This document shows positions 12,649 to 20,000 of a stretch of DNA of 20,000 nt, piece by piece; position 1 is the stretch's first letter; each line of letters opens with the position of its first letter. Origin of the DNA: an uncultured virus (IMG/VR IMGVR_UViG_3300031857_000150). Taxonomy: Duplodnaviria; Heunggongvirae; Uroviricota; Caudoviricetes. Location of the stretch: IMG/VR virus record IMGVR_UViG_3300031857_000150, one strand, 5' to 3'. Both the position numbers and the translations under genes were made by a program. A model generated the notes under the pieces. The model did no database searches, was not told the DNA's origin, and saw only the letters and a program-made list of their open reading frames with translations.

Positions 12649-15600
12649 GCAGGTAGAAGACTACGAGATTTGCTATCAACAGCCACCTTGCCTTTTCCTA
12701 CCGTCTTTCTTCTGCGCTTCTGAATCCTGTCCATCATGGCGTACAACTGTCGTGCTCCTGCATCTGTGGAGCCGTTGCCAAGTTCTGACACGATCCGCGC
12801 TGGGATTACAAACTCACCATCAGCAAGACGAGCAGGCTGCCGGTTGCCAATAGAAGCAGGGATAGAATCAGATACTCCATCGCCCGGTCCTTTCAGTAAA
12901 CGTCCACCATCAGAGTAGTCACCCAAGTGATACCCACCACCTGCATAACCACCCATAGCCATAGCGCGGGGCTGGTTCTGTTGCAGGTTCTGAGCCTGCG
13001 CCAACAACGCCTGCTCTTCAGGTGTCAGCGCAACTGTCTGCGTAGTCGTACCTGGCAGCACTGGTGTTGGCGGTGTGTAAGGCTGTGGTGCAGCAGCAGA
13101 CTGCAAGGTTATAAGTCCCGGCGTCACGTTCGAGAACGGCGAAGCCAGCACAGCTCCTTGGCTAGGCGTAAACGTCAGACCTTGACGCAGGTCAGGCATC
13201 TTCTGCGATAGCTGCGAGTAGAGTCCGGTCAGACCTAGTTCCTTGTTCGGATCACGGTACGGGAATGCTTGACCTGTCACGTCACGGATGAAGCGGATAT
13301 CCGGCGTCTCTGATGTTGGCAAGAACTGCGGACGATAGACGTTGCCTGCTATCGTCGCGATGTCCTGCTGCATCTTCTCATCCATAACTGGCCGCGCTAT
13401 GCCACCACCAGTTGGGGTGTAGTTAGCGTAAGCCTGCATGTATGCTTGATCAGCAGCAATCTCTTCTGGCGTCTTGGGGCGTGGCGCTGTTGGCGCTGCT
13501 GTAAACCCAGTACCACCAGAAATGGGCGTGGTGCTGGGCAATGTGCCTATGCCAGTGGTAGTGCTTGGCGCACCTGCGCCCGGTTGCTGCACAGCAAATC
13601 CAGAACCACCTACGCCTTGCGCTTGCGTTTCCGGTGTGTAAATGCGCTTCTCAAGATACTCCGTGCTGTTGAGCAAGTTGGTGCGCAACGCAGGAATAGC
13701 TATCTTGCCGGATACAGCAGCGTCGAATTCAGCCTTGGTTGGCTTACGCCCCAGAACATCGTTGTACACGTCTGCAATTTCAAGCGGCGCAGCGGTAGCT
13801 GGTGGCGGTTTGAGTGCAGTGTCTATCTGGCCTTGCAGGTTGAGCTGATATGAATTTTTACCGTTCCTGTCTACGTGCTGAGTTAACGCATTACGAAGGT
13901 GAGCAAATGCAGGATATGAGCCTGCGTTCGATGCTTTTAAGAAGCCAGCAAGTTCGCCGTCATCCATCTCACGACCCCAGTAGTACTTGGCCTGTGCTTG
14001 GATTTCTTCTGCGGTAAATGGCTTGCTGCGTGCTTGAGAAAGGTCTACCGCCGTTCCGTTGATTGCATCTGCAAAACCTTGAAGACTGTTGCGAACGCCA
14101 ACGTACTGTTGCAATTCTGCGGCAGTTGGTTTGCGGCCAACAACTTCTTCGAATACCGATGTCACGTCGGCAGCGGTAAGGTTTCTAGCGGTGGTGTTCC
14201 AACCTTGAGTAGCTAGTGTTACCGCGCCAATCTTGGGTGCCGGTTTTTTTCCTGCAAGTATTTCAGCAACCTGCTCTCCTGCTTTTGCTAAACCTTCTCT
14301 TGGAATTTCAAAGTTTGGCAATCTAACAGCGGCTAGTTCTTGAGCACGCGCCAAAGGCTTCTCACCCTCTTGATATGCTTTCAGCGTATCAGCTGCAAAG
14401 CCTGCCAATCCAGAAAACTGTTCACCTTTGGCAGTCGTGTTGCCCTGTTTGTCAATGAGGCCAGCCGCCACCATGGCGTTAGCGAGTTTGATTGAATCCG
14501 CTGGCTTGGGTGTTCCTGTAACGCCAGTCAACACCGGAGCGATGTTGGTCTGGAACATGGTTGCTTCCTGCTTCTGTGCAGTTTCAGCATCCAATTTTGC
14601 TTTAATGTCCTTGGCAAAGTCTGATCCTGCCAAGCCCGGTATGCCAGGCACAGTAGGTATGTTGTTTACAAAGTTTGCAAACAACGCATTTATTTGCCCT
14701 TCTTCGTTAGCTTGGGCTTGGGTAACGGCAGCCGCTTTTTTCGGATCGTCGAAGTTAGGATCCGTTCTCGGGATCTTGTCATAAACCGTGCTTACCGCTT
14801 GCGTCAATTCGTCTGTCTGACCCGCGATAGCGTTTTGCAGCAGCCCAACAACATCTTCAAACCCAGGCTTGGGGTTGCCTTTGGCATCAAGGTACTGCGG
14901 CAGTTGTCCACGCAACGCCAGCAGTTCGGTTCGTTCTTTTGTTAGCAGCGGCGTATACGTGGCATATACGTTTGTATTTGTCCAACCACCTTTGGGTTCG
15001 GCAACGCTGTCGATGGCAAAAGGCTTGACAGTATTGTTGATCAGCTTTTCTTGCGCAGCGTAGGCTGCTTGACCAGCTTTAATTTGTGCTTCCGTGGGGC
15101 CGCCATCTGCAAACGCCACCACGCCACCACTTGCCATACCCGTCGTTCCGCTGTACGGAGATACTGTTGCATCCGTAGCTGGGTAGATGATGTTCTGCGC
15201 TATAGGCCGCTCTGATGGATTGGCATACGTAGGCGTGCGCTGAAACGCCATCGGATATCTGTCGTTGTCCAACATGGCGTTCTGTTGGGACATCTGCTCT
15301 ACCGGCAAAGCAGCAAGACCGCCATCTGCTGCACGGAAGTAGCTACGCTCTGCGGAACTTCCCGGTGCTATTGAGCTTGGATTGTACGGGCGCACGTAGT
15401 CGAATGGCGTGTACTCGTAAGGCTCTTCTTCTGGAGGACGTGGACCCTTGGGCTTGTACGAACCAAGCGTACCAATACCGGCATACATCAGCGGTTTCTT
15501 TTGTTCAGACAAAAAGTCCGTAAATTTATCTGTGTCGCTGGTTATGTTCTGGAGGCCGCGTCCTGCCTGCGCAAACCTGTCGCTGATAGATCCGGCAACA

Positions 15601-16262
15601 CTAGGTGCTGCTTGGGGACCAACAACTGACGCTGGCGCTGCTGAACCTAAACCTTCAACACCAGTGGCTGATTGTGCATAACCCCCAAACGTGGAAGGAA
15701 GACGAGTTGCTGCTGCTGCCGGTGCAGTGGTCGTGGTAGTTGGGACAGCAATGCCACCACCTGTGGTTGCCGCCTGCAATCCTACAGGCACATTAGCTGT
15801 CGCACCCGCTGCGGCAGCGGGCGTTTGCGCGGCTGTAAAACTACTACTTAAATTATTGACAGCTTGCGTGCCAGCAGAAACCCCTTGGGAAGCAGCAGCG
15901 CCAGCCGCTGACAATCCACTACCCAATCCTGCTCCACCGTAAGCGCCCAAGCCTGCCATCAGACCCTGTTGCAAACTGCCCGTCACAGCAGCCGTACCAC
16001 CGCCGACAATCATGGAAGCCATTAACGGTGAAAGCGCCCCGCCGGAACCAATGGTCAACGCTGCTCCAGCTAGCATCGGCAACAAAGACCGCAAGAACCC
16101 AGCCTCTGGCAGGCCAGTTTCTGGGTTAATGGTCAGACTACCGCCGTGCGCCATCGCCAGTGATTGCAGCCCACGTACCTCACCAGGCGTCATGTGGACA
16201 AGGACTTTGTCCTCGCCACGACCAGCGCTCTGTAAGTGTTGAGCTAAAGTGTGAAGGCTCAT
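12645..16262 (-). CDS. Large putative internal virion protein with terminal 'D...GE' modules, AxGG motifs and DUF4214-like repeats
   Basis: 1205 aa. N-terminal GRGEDKVLVHMTPGE...TINPETGLPEA followed by a Gly/Ala hydrophobic segment; three central (Y/F)xxxxGRxP/M repeats; C-terminal GPGDGVSDSIPA..ARLADGEFVIPA. The function is inferred from synteny and composition. Confidence 0.65.
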   Translation of the reverse strand: MSLHTLAQHLQSAGRGEDKVLVHMTPGEVRGLQSLAMAHGGSLTINPETGLPEAGFLRSLLPMLAGAALTIGSGGALSPLMASMIVGGGTAAVTGSLQQGLMAGLGAYGGAGLGSGLSAAGAAASQGVSAGTQAVNNLSSSFTAAQTPAAAAGATANVPVGLQAATTGGGIAVPTTTTTAPAAAATRLPSTFGGYAQSATGVEGLGSAAPASVVGPQAAPSVAGSISDRFAQAGRGLQNITSDTDKFTDFLSEQKKPLMYAGIGTLGSYKPKGPRPPEEEPYEYTPFDYVRPYNPSSIAPGSSAERSYFRAADGGLAALPVEQMSQQNAMLDNDRYPMAFQRTPTYANPSERPIAQNIIYPATDATVSPYSGTTGMASGGVVAFADGGPTEAQIKAGQAAYAAQEKLINNTVKPFAIDSVAEPKGGWTNTNVYATYTPLLTKERTELLALRGQLPQYLDAKGNPKPGFEDVVGLLQNAIAGQTDELTQAVSTVYDKIPRTDPNFDDPKKAAAVTQAQANEEGQINALFANFVNNIPTVPGIPGLAGSDFAKDIKAKLDAETAQKQEATMFQTNIAPVLTGVTGTPKPADSIKLANAMVAAGLIDKQGNTTAKGEQFSGLAGFAADTLKAYQEGEKPLARAQELAAVRLPNFEIPREGLAKAGEQVAEILAGKKPAPKIGAVTLATQGWNTTARNLTAADVTSVFEEVVGRKPTAAELQQYVGVRNSLQGFADAINGTAVDLSQARSKPFTAEEIQAQAKYYWGREMDDGELAGFLKASNAGSYPAFAHLRNALTQHVDRNGKNSYQLNLQGQIDTALKPPPATAAPLEIADVYNDVLGRKPTKAEFDAAVSGKIAIPALRTNLLNSTEYLEKRIYTPETQAQGVGGSGFAVQQPGAGAPSTTTGIGTLPSTTPISGGTGFTAAPTAPRPKTPEEIAADQAYMQAYANYTPTGGGIARPVMDEKMQQDIATIAGNVYRPQFLPTSETPDIRFIRDVTGQAFPYRDPNKELGLTGLYSQLSQKMPDLRQGLTFTPSQGAVLASPFSNVTPGLITLQSAAAPQPYTPPTPVLPGTTTQTVALTPEEQALLAQAQNLQQNQPRAMAMGGYAGGGYHLGDYSDGGRLLKGPGDGVSDSIPASIGNRQPARLADGEFVIPARIVSELGNGSTDAGARQLYAMMDRIQKRRRKTVGKGKVAVDSKSRSLLPA

Positions 16263-16263
16263 G

Positions 16264-16578
16264 TCAGGACACCTTTATCTTCAATACGTTAGTGGCAAGG
16301 TCATAGTAGACATCGCCTATACGCAACTTGCCAGCAGACTCATCTGCGCTTGTTGCAAAACTGACTACTGTGTTGCCGGTTGTCGGATCGACCGTGCTGA
16401 AATTCCACGCCGCAACAACAGTGTTTCCAGTCCGTAAAGCAGAGCCAGCACTTACCCCGGCGTTGTCTAATTGCGTGAAATACAACCGCAAAATAGAATT
16501 CAACTGATCCTGATAAGTGCGACTGTATTCTACCGGAGCAACTGGTAAAGCTGGTGATTTTGTGGTACCCGTAGACAT
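16264..16578 (-). CDS. Small phage structural protein (tail-associated, hypothetical)
   Basis: 104 aa. LPVAPVEY..QDQLNSILRLYF pattern and C-terminal GDVYYD...LKI. SD GAGGT. Sits immediately after the nozzle-like gene, in the position of tail needle/plug-like genes. Confidence 0.6.
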   Translation of the reverse strand: MSTGTTKSPALPVAPVEYSRTYQDQLNSILRLYFTQLDNAGVSAGSALRTGNTVVAAWNFSTVDPTTGNTVVSFATSADESAGKLRIGDVYYDLATNVLKIKVS

Positions 16579-16580
16579 GC

Positions 16581-18716
16581 TTACCTCTGCCCATCTGCTC
16601 GAACATCAAGCCTTGGTACACCCAACTGCCACTGCGTACCCAGCGTATCACTGCTGATCTTGAATGCCATCTGCCGTCCGCGAATCCGCGTGTACACAAT
16701 CTCCGTAAACTCCTGCACCGTGTAGTTACGCTGGTTGGCGTAAGACTGCGTGGACGTGACAGAAGCATTGGCTGAATTTGCATACGGCGCACCAGGGTTC
16801 TGCCGTGGCCGTACGCTAAACGTAACTTCCGGCTTGGTAGGCGCAGCATTATCAGATCCGTCAAACGTAATATCAGGAATCATCCGCCACACAAACCCAA
16901 AGTTGTGACCGTTACCAATATCAAAGTCTGACGATTGGATGTACGACTCTATCGGATTCACCGTGCCGTTGACTTCAACGTCATTGTTGCCGTTCTCGTG
17001 GAACACAACAGTGTGATTGTAGGTAGCCGCCATAGGATAGTTGCGCAGCGGGCTGTCGAGCCAAGCGCTGCGATCCAACGTGCCGTAGTACCAGACCTTG
17101 TCCAGATAATTGAAGATCACGTACCGGTTTACCACCGTGCTGTCAGCAGATGGGTAGAACCACCAAATCTCGCTGTAGCCCTCATTGCTGCCGCAGAACA
17201 CCTGATAGCTCTGCTCCAGATTGATATCGCCGTACACGTACTGGCGCAGCGCACATGGCAACGTTTCCACACGACCGGTGTAGACGTAGAACTTGTCTAG
17301 CCCCATCCAGTACACAATGTTGTTTGCCGCACCGATAGCATTCGGCCCGATGATCGAAATGTTATTCGACAGAATGTTGAAGCCCCATACATACGGTGGC
17401 CCCAGATACTGCATGGAATATACCGCCGCATCTGTCAGGACTAATATCTCCTGCCGTGTCTGAATAGCAGTCACGATAGTAGATCCGCTAGACAACTGGT
17501 AACTACCGGCCTGGTTCGTAATTGCAGGCGTCCAAGTGCTGTAGCTTTCCTGATCTGACCAGCGGATCAGCATCGGGTTCTGCTCTGAACTGCCATAGTC
17601 GTTGGCACCCATAGCAATCACAAACCGTGAGGCATCCGACACCATAACTTGCGACACCACTACAGGACAGTCTGCATCTGTCTGATAAACGCCAGACGCT
17701 GTCGGCGATAGCAGCTTGGCTGGATCATTAAACAGCAGCACGTTCGCGCCCGTGTACTGCGGTATCCACAAGTACATCGGACCATTACGTGGGTTGATGA
17801 TCAGATATTCACCAAAGTTTGCCTGCGACCACAGACGCAACTGCAAACCAATACTGCTGGCAGATGACTGACCCCAGCCAGTAAATGTGTTGGCGTTGTA
17901 CACCACCGTGCTGTTTGCATGGGAGGTTGCAACCGTGCCATTTGCTCCGCGTGTGGCTCCGGTAAACAGCACCGCCGTGTTGCCGGTGTAGGTGGCAAGT
18001 TCCTGCTCAATCAATACCGTGCCAGTAGCGTTCGAGAACCCCGTGGTAGACACTACAGCGATGTTGGTGTTGCTGGAGTTCAGCGATGCCGACAATGTAG
18101 TCTGCTGCGCACCTGTGACAAAGCCGCCCCACAAGCCTGTGCCCCAGCCTGTGACGTAGCTGTAGACGGCAAGACCCGCGTTGATTTGATAGGTAGCCGT
18201 AACCGTGCCGCCGCCGGTCGCACTCGATGAAGCAGCAGTAGGAGATTGAATGGTGTACTCGCTGTTGCTAACGTAGGTGATCTGAAACTCACCGTTCAGC
18301 GTCAACCCACCTACTGCCGTGGCACCAGAAAACGTCACGAAGTCGCCGGTAATCGCACCATGATCTGCGTCTGTGACCGTGACAGTCTTGGAACTAGCAA
18401 CCGTTGTGAACGGGTTTGTCAGCGTAACCGTAGCCCTGACAGGCGTGATGTCGTTGTAGACACCACCAGACTCAATGTAGTACTTCAGATTGGTGCCAAC
18501 ACCCAGCAGGTTATAACCCTTGAGCGTGACCCAGTTGATTAGCCCACGGGCAACACCAAGGTAAGTGTTGGGCGTAATAGGCTGCCATCCACCCAACTTC
18601 TGCGGATAGCCAGAGCGAAAGCGTATCTTGTCGCACTCGTACCAGCCGCCTTCGTTTGCAAGCGTTGTGCCCTCACGGTTGATGCCAGGGCGAAATTGTA
18701 AAAGCTGTAACGGCAT
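16581..18716 (-). CDS. Tail nozzle / tail tubular protein B-like (P22 gp10-like packaged-DNA stabilisation) protein
   Basis: Start revised to ATG 18716 (MPLQLLQFRPGINREGT; 711 aa; SD AGGTGG; 2 nt after the endolysin stop). Beta-rich and Trp-rich, with IRFRSGYPQKLGGW, LIRWSDQE, EIWWFYPS and RIRGRQMAFKI motifs of the beta-propeller nozzle family. Confidence 0.75.
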   Translation of the reverse strand: MPLQLLQFRPGINREGTTLANEGGWYECDKIRFRSGYPQKLGGWQPITPNTYLGVARGLINWVTLKGYNLLGVGTNLKYYIESGGVYNDITPVRATVTLTNPFTTVASSKTVTVTDADHGAITGDFVTFSGATAVGGLTLNGEFQITYVSNSEYTIQSPTAASSSATGGGTVTATYQINAGLAVYSYVTGWGTGLWGGFVTGAQQTTLSASLNSSNTNIAVVSTTGFSNATGTVLIEQELATYTGNTAVLFTGATRGANGTVATSHANSTVVYNANTFTGWGQSSASSIGLQLRLWSQANFGEYLIINPRNGPMYLWIPQYTGANVLLFNDPAKLLSPTASGVYQTDADCPVVVSQVMVSDASRFVIAMGANDYGSSEQNPMLIRWSDQESYSTWTPAITNQAGSYQLSSGSTIVTAIQTRQEILVLTDAAVYSMQYLGPPYVWGFNILSNNISIIGPNAIGAANNIVYWMGLDKFYVYTGRVETLPCALRQYVYGDINLEQSYQVFCGSNEGYSEIWWFYPSADSTVVNRYVIFNYLDKVWYYGTLDRSAWLDSPLRNYPMAATYNHTVVFHENGNNDVEVNGTVNPIESYIQSSDFDIGNGHNFGFVWRMIPDITFDGSDNAAPTKPEVTFSVRPRQNPGAPYANSANASVTSTQSYANQRNYTVQEFTEIVYTRIRGRQMAFKISSDTLGTQWQLGVPRLDVRADGQR

Positions 18717-18718
18717 TT

Positions 18719-19180
18719 TTACCCACCTGACTTGTACGGGCGCGTGCCCTTCTTGTCGATGATAAGCGCCATCTTCCGAGGCTTGCCGTCTGGCGCGTTC
18801 GGGATGCTGACATGCGTCCATCCACCACCACGCACCGGATCTGAAAATTCACGGATAACCTGATCGTATGGCAACGTTGACGCAATGATACGCTTGACTA
18901 CTTGGTCTGGGATCATCCCAGCCACACGAATATCTGCTGCTGTACCGTGGCAATGCTGACTCGTCTTCGAGCCTCTGATAGCCGTGTTGACTTCCGGGCT
19001 GCGGTACGCAGAGTTAATACTGATTGGCTTACCCAGCAGCGCTCGCAGCGATTCCAAGAACGCCGCCAAGCGCTTCAGGTTTAACAGGTGCTCGTTCTGC
19101 GGAGTGTTGTCTAGCTCGTGCCGTGCCGCATAGTCGCTGACCGTCATTTCCTCTAACGTGAAATTCGGCGAGAGCTTCAT
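18719..19180 (-). CDS. Peptidase M15A family endolysin (D-Ala-D-Ala carboxypeptidase-like Zn metallopeptidase)
   Basis: 153 aa. LSPNFTLEE, SAYRSPEVN, SQH-x(3)-AAD and WTHVS supply the His/Asp/His Zn ligands of M15A. Confidence 0.9.
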   Translation of the reverse strand: MKLSPNFTLEEMTVSDYAARHELDNTPQNEHLLNLKRLAAFLESLRALLGKPISINSAYRSPEVNTAIRGSKTSQHCHGTAADIRVAGMIPDQVVKRIIASTLPYDQVIREFSDPVRGGGWTHVSIPNAPDGKPRKMALIIDKKGTRPYKSGG

Positions 19181-19671
19181 TTCTTCATCAGCTCCTTGGT
19201 CTTGTCCTTGCTGCTCTGGCTAGAACCAAAGAAGAAGTTCAGGATGGTAGCCACCACCGTACCAAGAATGAAGCCGAGAACCGTATCGACGAAGCGGATG
19301 TTCTTCTCCGGGATATCGGCGACCGTGATGAGAATGATGTAGCTAACTGCGAACACCGACCAGAACGCTGCAAACAGATAGACAAACCGGCGCACCACAG
19401 GGTCAGCATTCTCCATCGCCTTCTCCTGCATGTCCCGCGCATCCTGCGTGTTCTTCAGATCAATCTCTGCCATGAACTCTGCGTGCTTCATAGCAGCCAT
19501 CTGTATCTCTGCTAGCTTGCCGTCGTCCAGCACACCGTTCTCGTTAGGCTCCAGTTTGATACCGAGCTTTTCCTCAACGTGCTCCAAGCCCTTGTCTAAC
19601 ACGGAGTCAGCCACTTTCTGCAAGCCAGCGCCTGCAAGCTGCGTCAAGATCGGGGCTAGTAACGGGATCAT
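19177..19671 (-). CDS. Putative holin
   Basis: 164 aa. Amphipathic N-terminus, two C-terminal TM helices (FVYLFAAFWSVFAVSYIILITV; TVLGFILGTVVATILNFFFGSS) and a basic tail. ATGA overlap with the endolysin gene. Confidence 0.68.
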   Translation of the reverse strand: MIPLLAPILTQLAGAGLQKVADSVLDKGLEHVEEKLGIKLEPNENGVLDDGKLAEIQMAAMKHAEFMAEIDLKNTQDARDMQEKAMENADPVVRRFVYLFAAFWSVFAVSYIILITVADIPEKNIRFVDTVLGFILGTVVATILNFFFGSSQSSKDKTKELMKK

Positions 19672-20000
19672 TATTTAGTCTCCGCAATAACCTTGTCGTC
19701 ACCACGCTTGACGGTAACTTTTCCGTCCTCTACGTCAACCTGCATGGATGGCTCTTTACGATCTAGCTTGTCTAGCTTGTCAATCAACTGCTTCATTACC
19801 TCGAACTCAGGCTTATCCTGTTTTGGCGTTGCCCCGGCAATGCTGTTTAACATTGAGATCAACGCAGTAAGCGAAGCGCCCAGAAGCCCCATGACCGCAG
19901 CCATCTTGCTTTCTTCCAGCCACAGACTAGCAAGGACGCCGATTACTACAATAGTTACGATAGAAGCAAGACCAAACTTGCCGATAGCCTTGCCAGCCAC
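19671..20000 (-). CDS. Hypothetical membrane protein (two TM helices); 5' end probably outside window
   Basis: Frame is open to the window edge. Hydrophobic segments FGLASIVTIVVIGVLASLWL and AAVMGLLGASLTALISML. TAATG overlap with the holin-like gene. Confidence 0.62.
   Translation of the reverse strand: MAGKAIGKFGLASIVTIVVIGVLASLWLEESKMAAVMGLLGASLTALISMLNSIAGATPKQDKPEFEVMKQLIDKLDKLDRKEPSMQVDVEDGKVTVKRGDDKVIAETK

Larger units (their letters stand above)
1..20000. mobile_element. Segment of a tailed phage/prophage genome (podovirus-like virion module)
   Basis: Lysis, nozzle, ejection and polyvalent protein genes plus phage-type small Zn/HNH genes, all tightly packed. No integrase, att site or host housekeeping gene is visible. 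Confidence 0.85.

Noticed and set aside
14244..14250. A7 run on the - strand (GGA AAA AAA), a possible -1 frameshift site
   Set aside because: The -1 frame reaches TAG after about 20 codons and no clear stimulatory structure was seen. It is explained by Gly-Lys-Lys codons.
12645..16262. Calling the 1205-aa protein a tape measure protein
   Set aside because: It shares only the C-terminal motif. It is Pro-rich, lacks long helical periodic repeats, and its neighbours are podovirus-type nozzle and ejection genes with no tail tube or chaperone genes in view.
18717..18821. 35-aa N-terminal extension of the 746-aa track ORF
   Set aside because: It overlaps the endolysin gene. ATG 18716 has an SD and gives a family-typical MPL start.
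431..19678. Numerous antisense and alternate-frame ORFs in the track (e.g. 1004-1498, 6843-7382, 8473-8976, 12226-12723, 16340-16864)
   Set aside because: They lie within or across well-supported genes and show no recognisable motifs, as expected for shadow ORFs in moderately GC-rich coding DNA.
19762..19781. Tandem 9-bp repeat TCTAGCTTG x2
   Set aside because: It simply encodes DKLDKLD in a coiled segment and is too short to imply a function.
1..20000. Stop-codon reassignment, RNA genes, intrinsic terminators or promoters
   Set aside because: Standard-code ORFs tile the window and use TAA, TGA and TAG. Intergenic gaps are at most 2 nt, leaving no room, and no convincing hairpin/U-tract or tRNA fold was seen.

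Overview
This window is a densely coding fragment of a tailed dsDNA phage or prophage with a podovirus-type virion gene layout, most likely with a Gram-negative host (inference). It has two convergent gene blocks and almost no intergenic DNA. The + strand block (1-3685) holds the end of a nucleotide-sugar pathway: an RfbH/DdhC CDP-4-keto-6-deoxyglucose 3-dehydrase C-terminus, a YerE-like ThDP-dependent enzyme and an NAD-dependent epimerase/reductase. Three small overlapping Cys/His-rich genes follow: an unannotated CxxC..CxxC ORF, an NrdR-like Zn ribbon and a Ref-like HNH nuclease. The - strand block (20000-3657) is a late operon. In order it encodes a membrane protein, a holin-like protein, an M15A endolysin, a tail nozzle/tubular-B-like protein, a small structural protein, a 1205-aa internal virion protein, a GNAT acetyltransferase, two ejection proteins, and a 1977-aa large polyvalent protein (ddrB-ParB + HExxH metallopeptidase + LPD38). 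The most interesting observations are: (i) an apparently phage-borne branched 3,6-dideoxysugar (yersiniose-type) pathway; (ii) a recurring [F/Y/M]-A-x-G-G motif in three putative ejection proteins, plus two copies of a 'G-x-x-D...GE' module bracketing the 1205-aa protein, suggesting a shared processing or sorting system; (iii) DUF4214/RsaA-like repeats in that same protein. All family calls come from motif recognition by eye; no searches were run.
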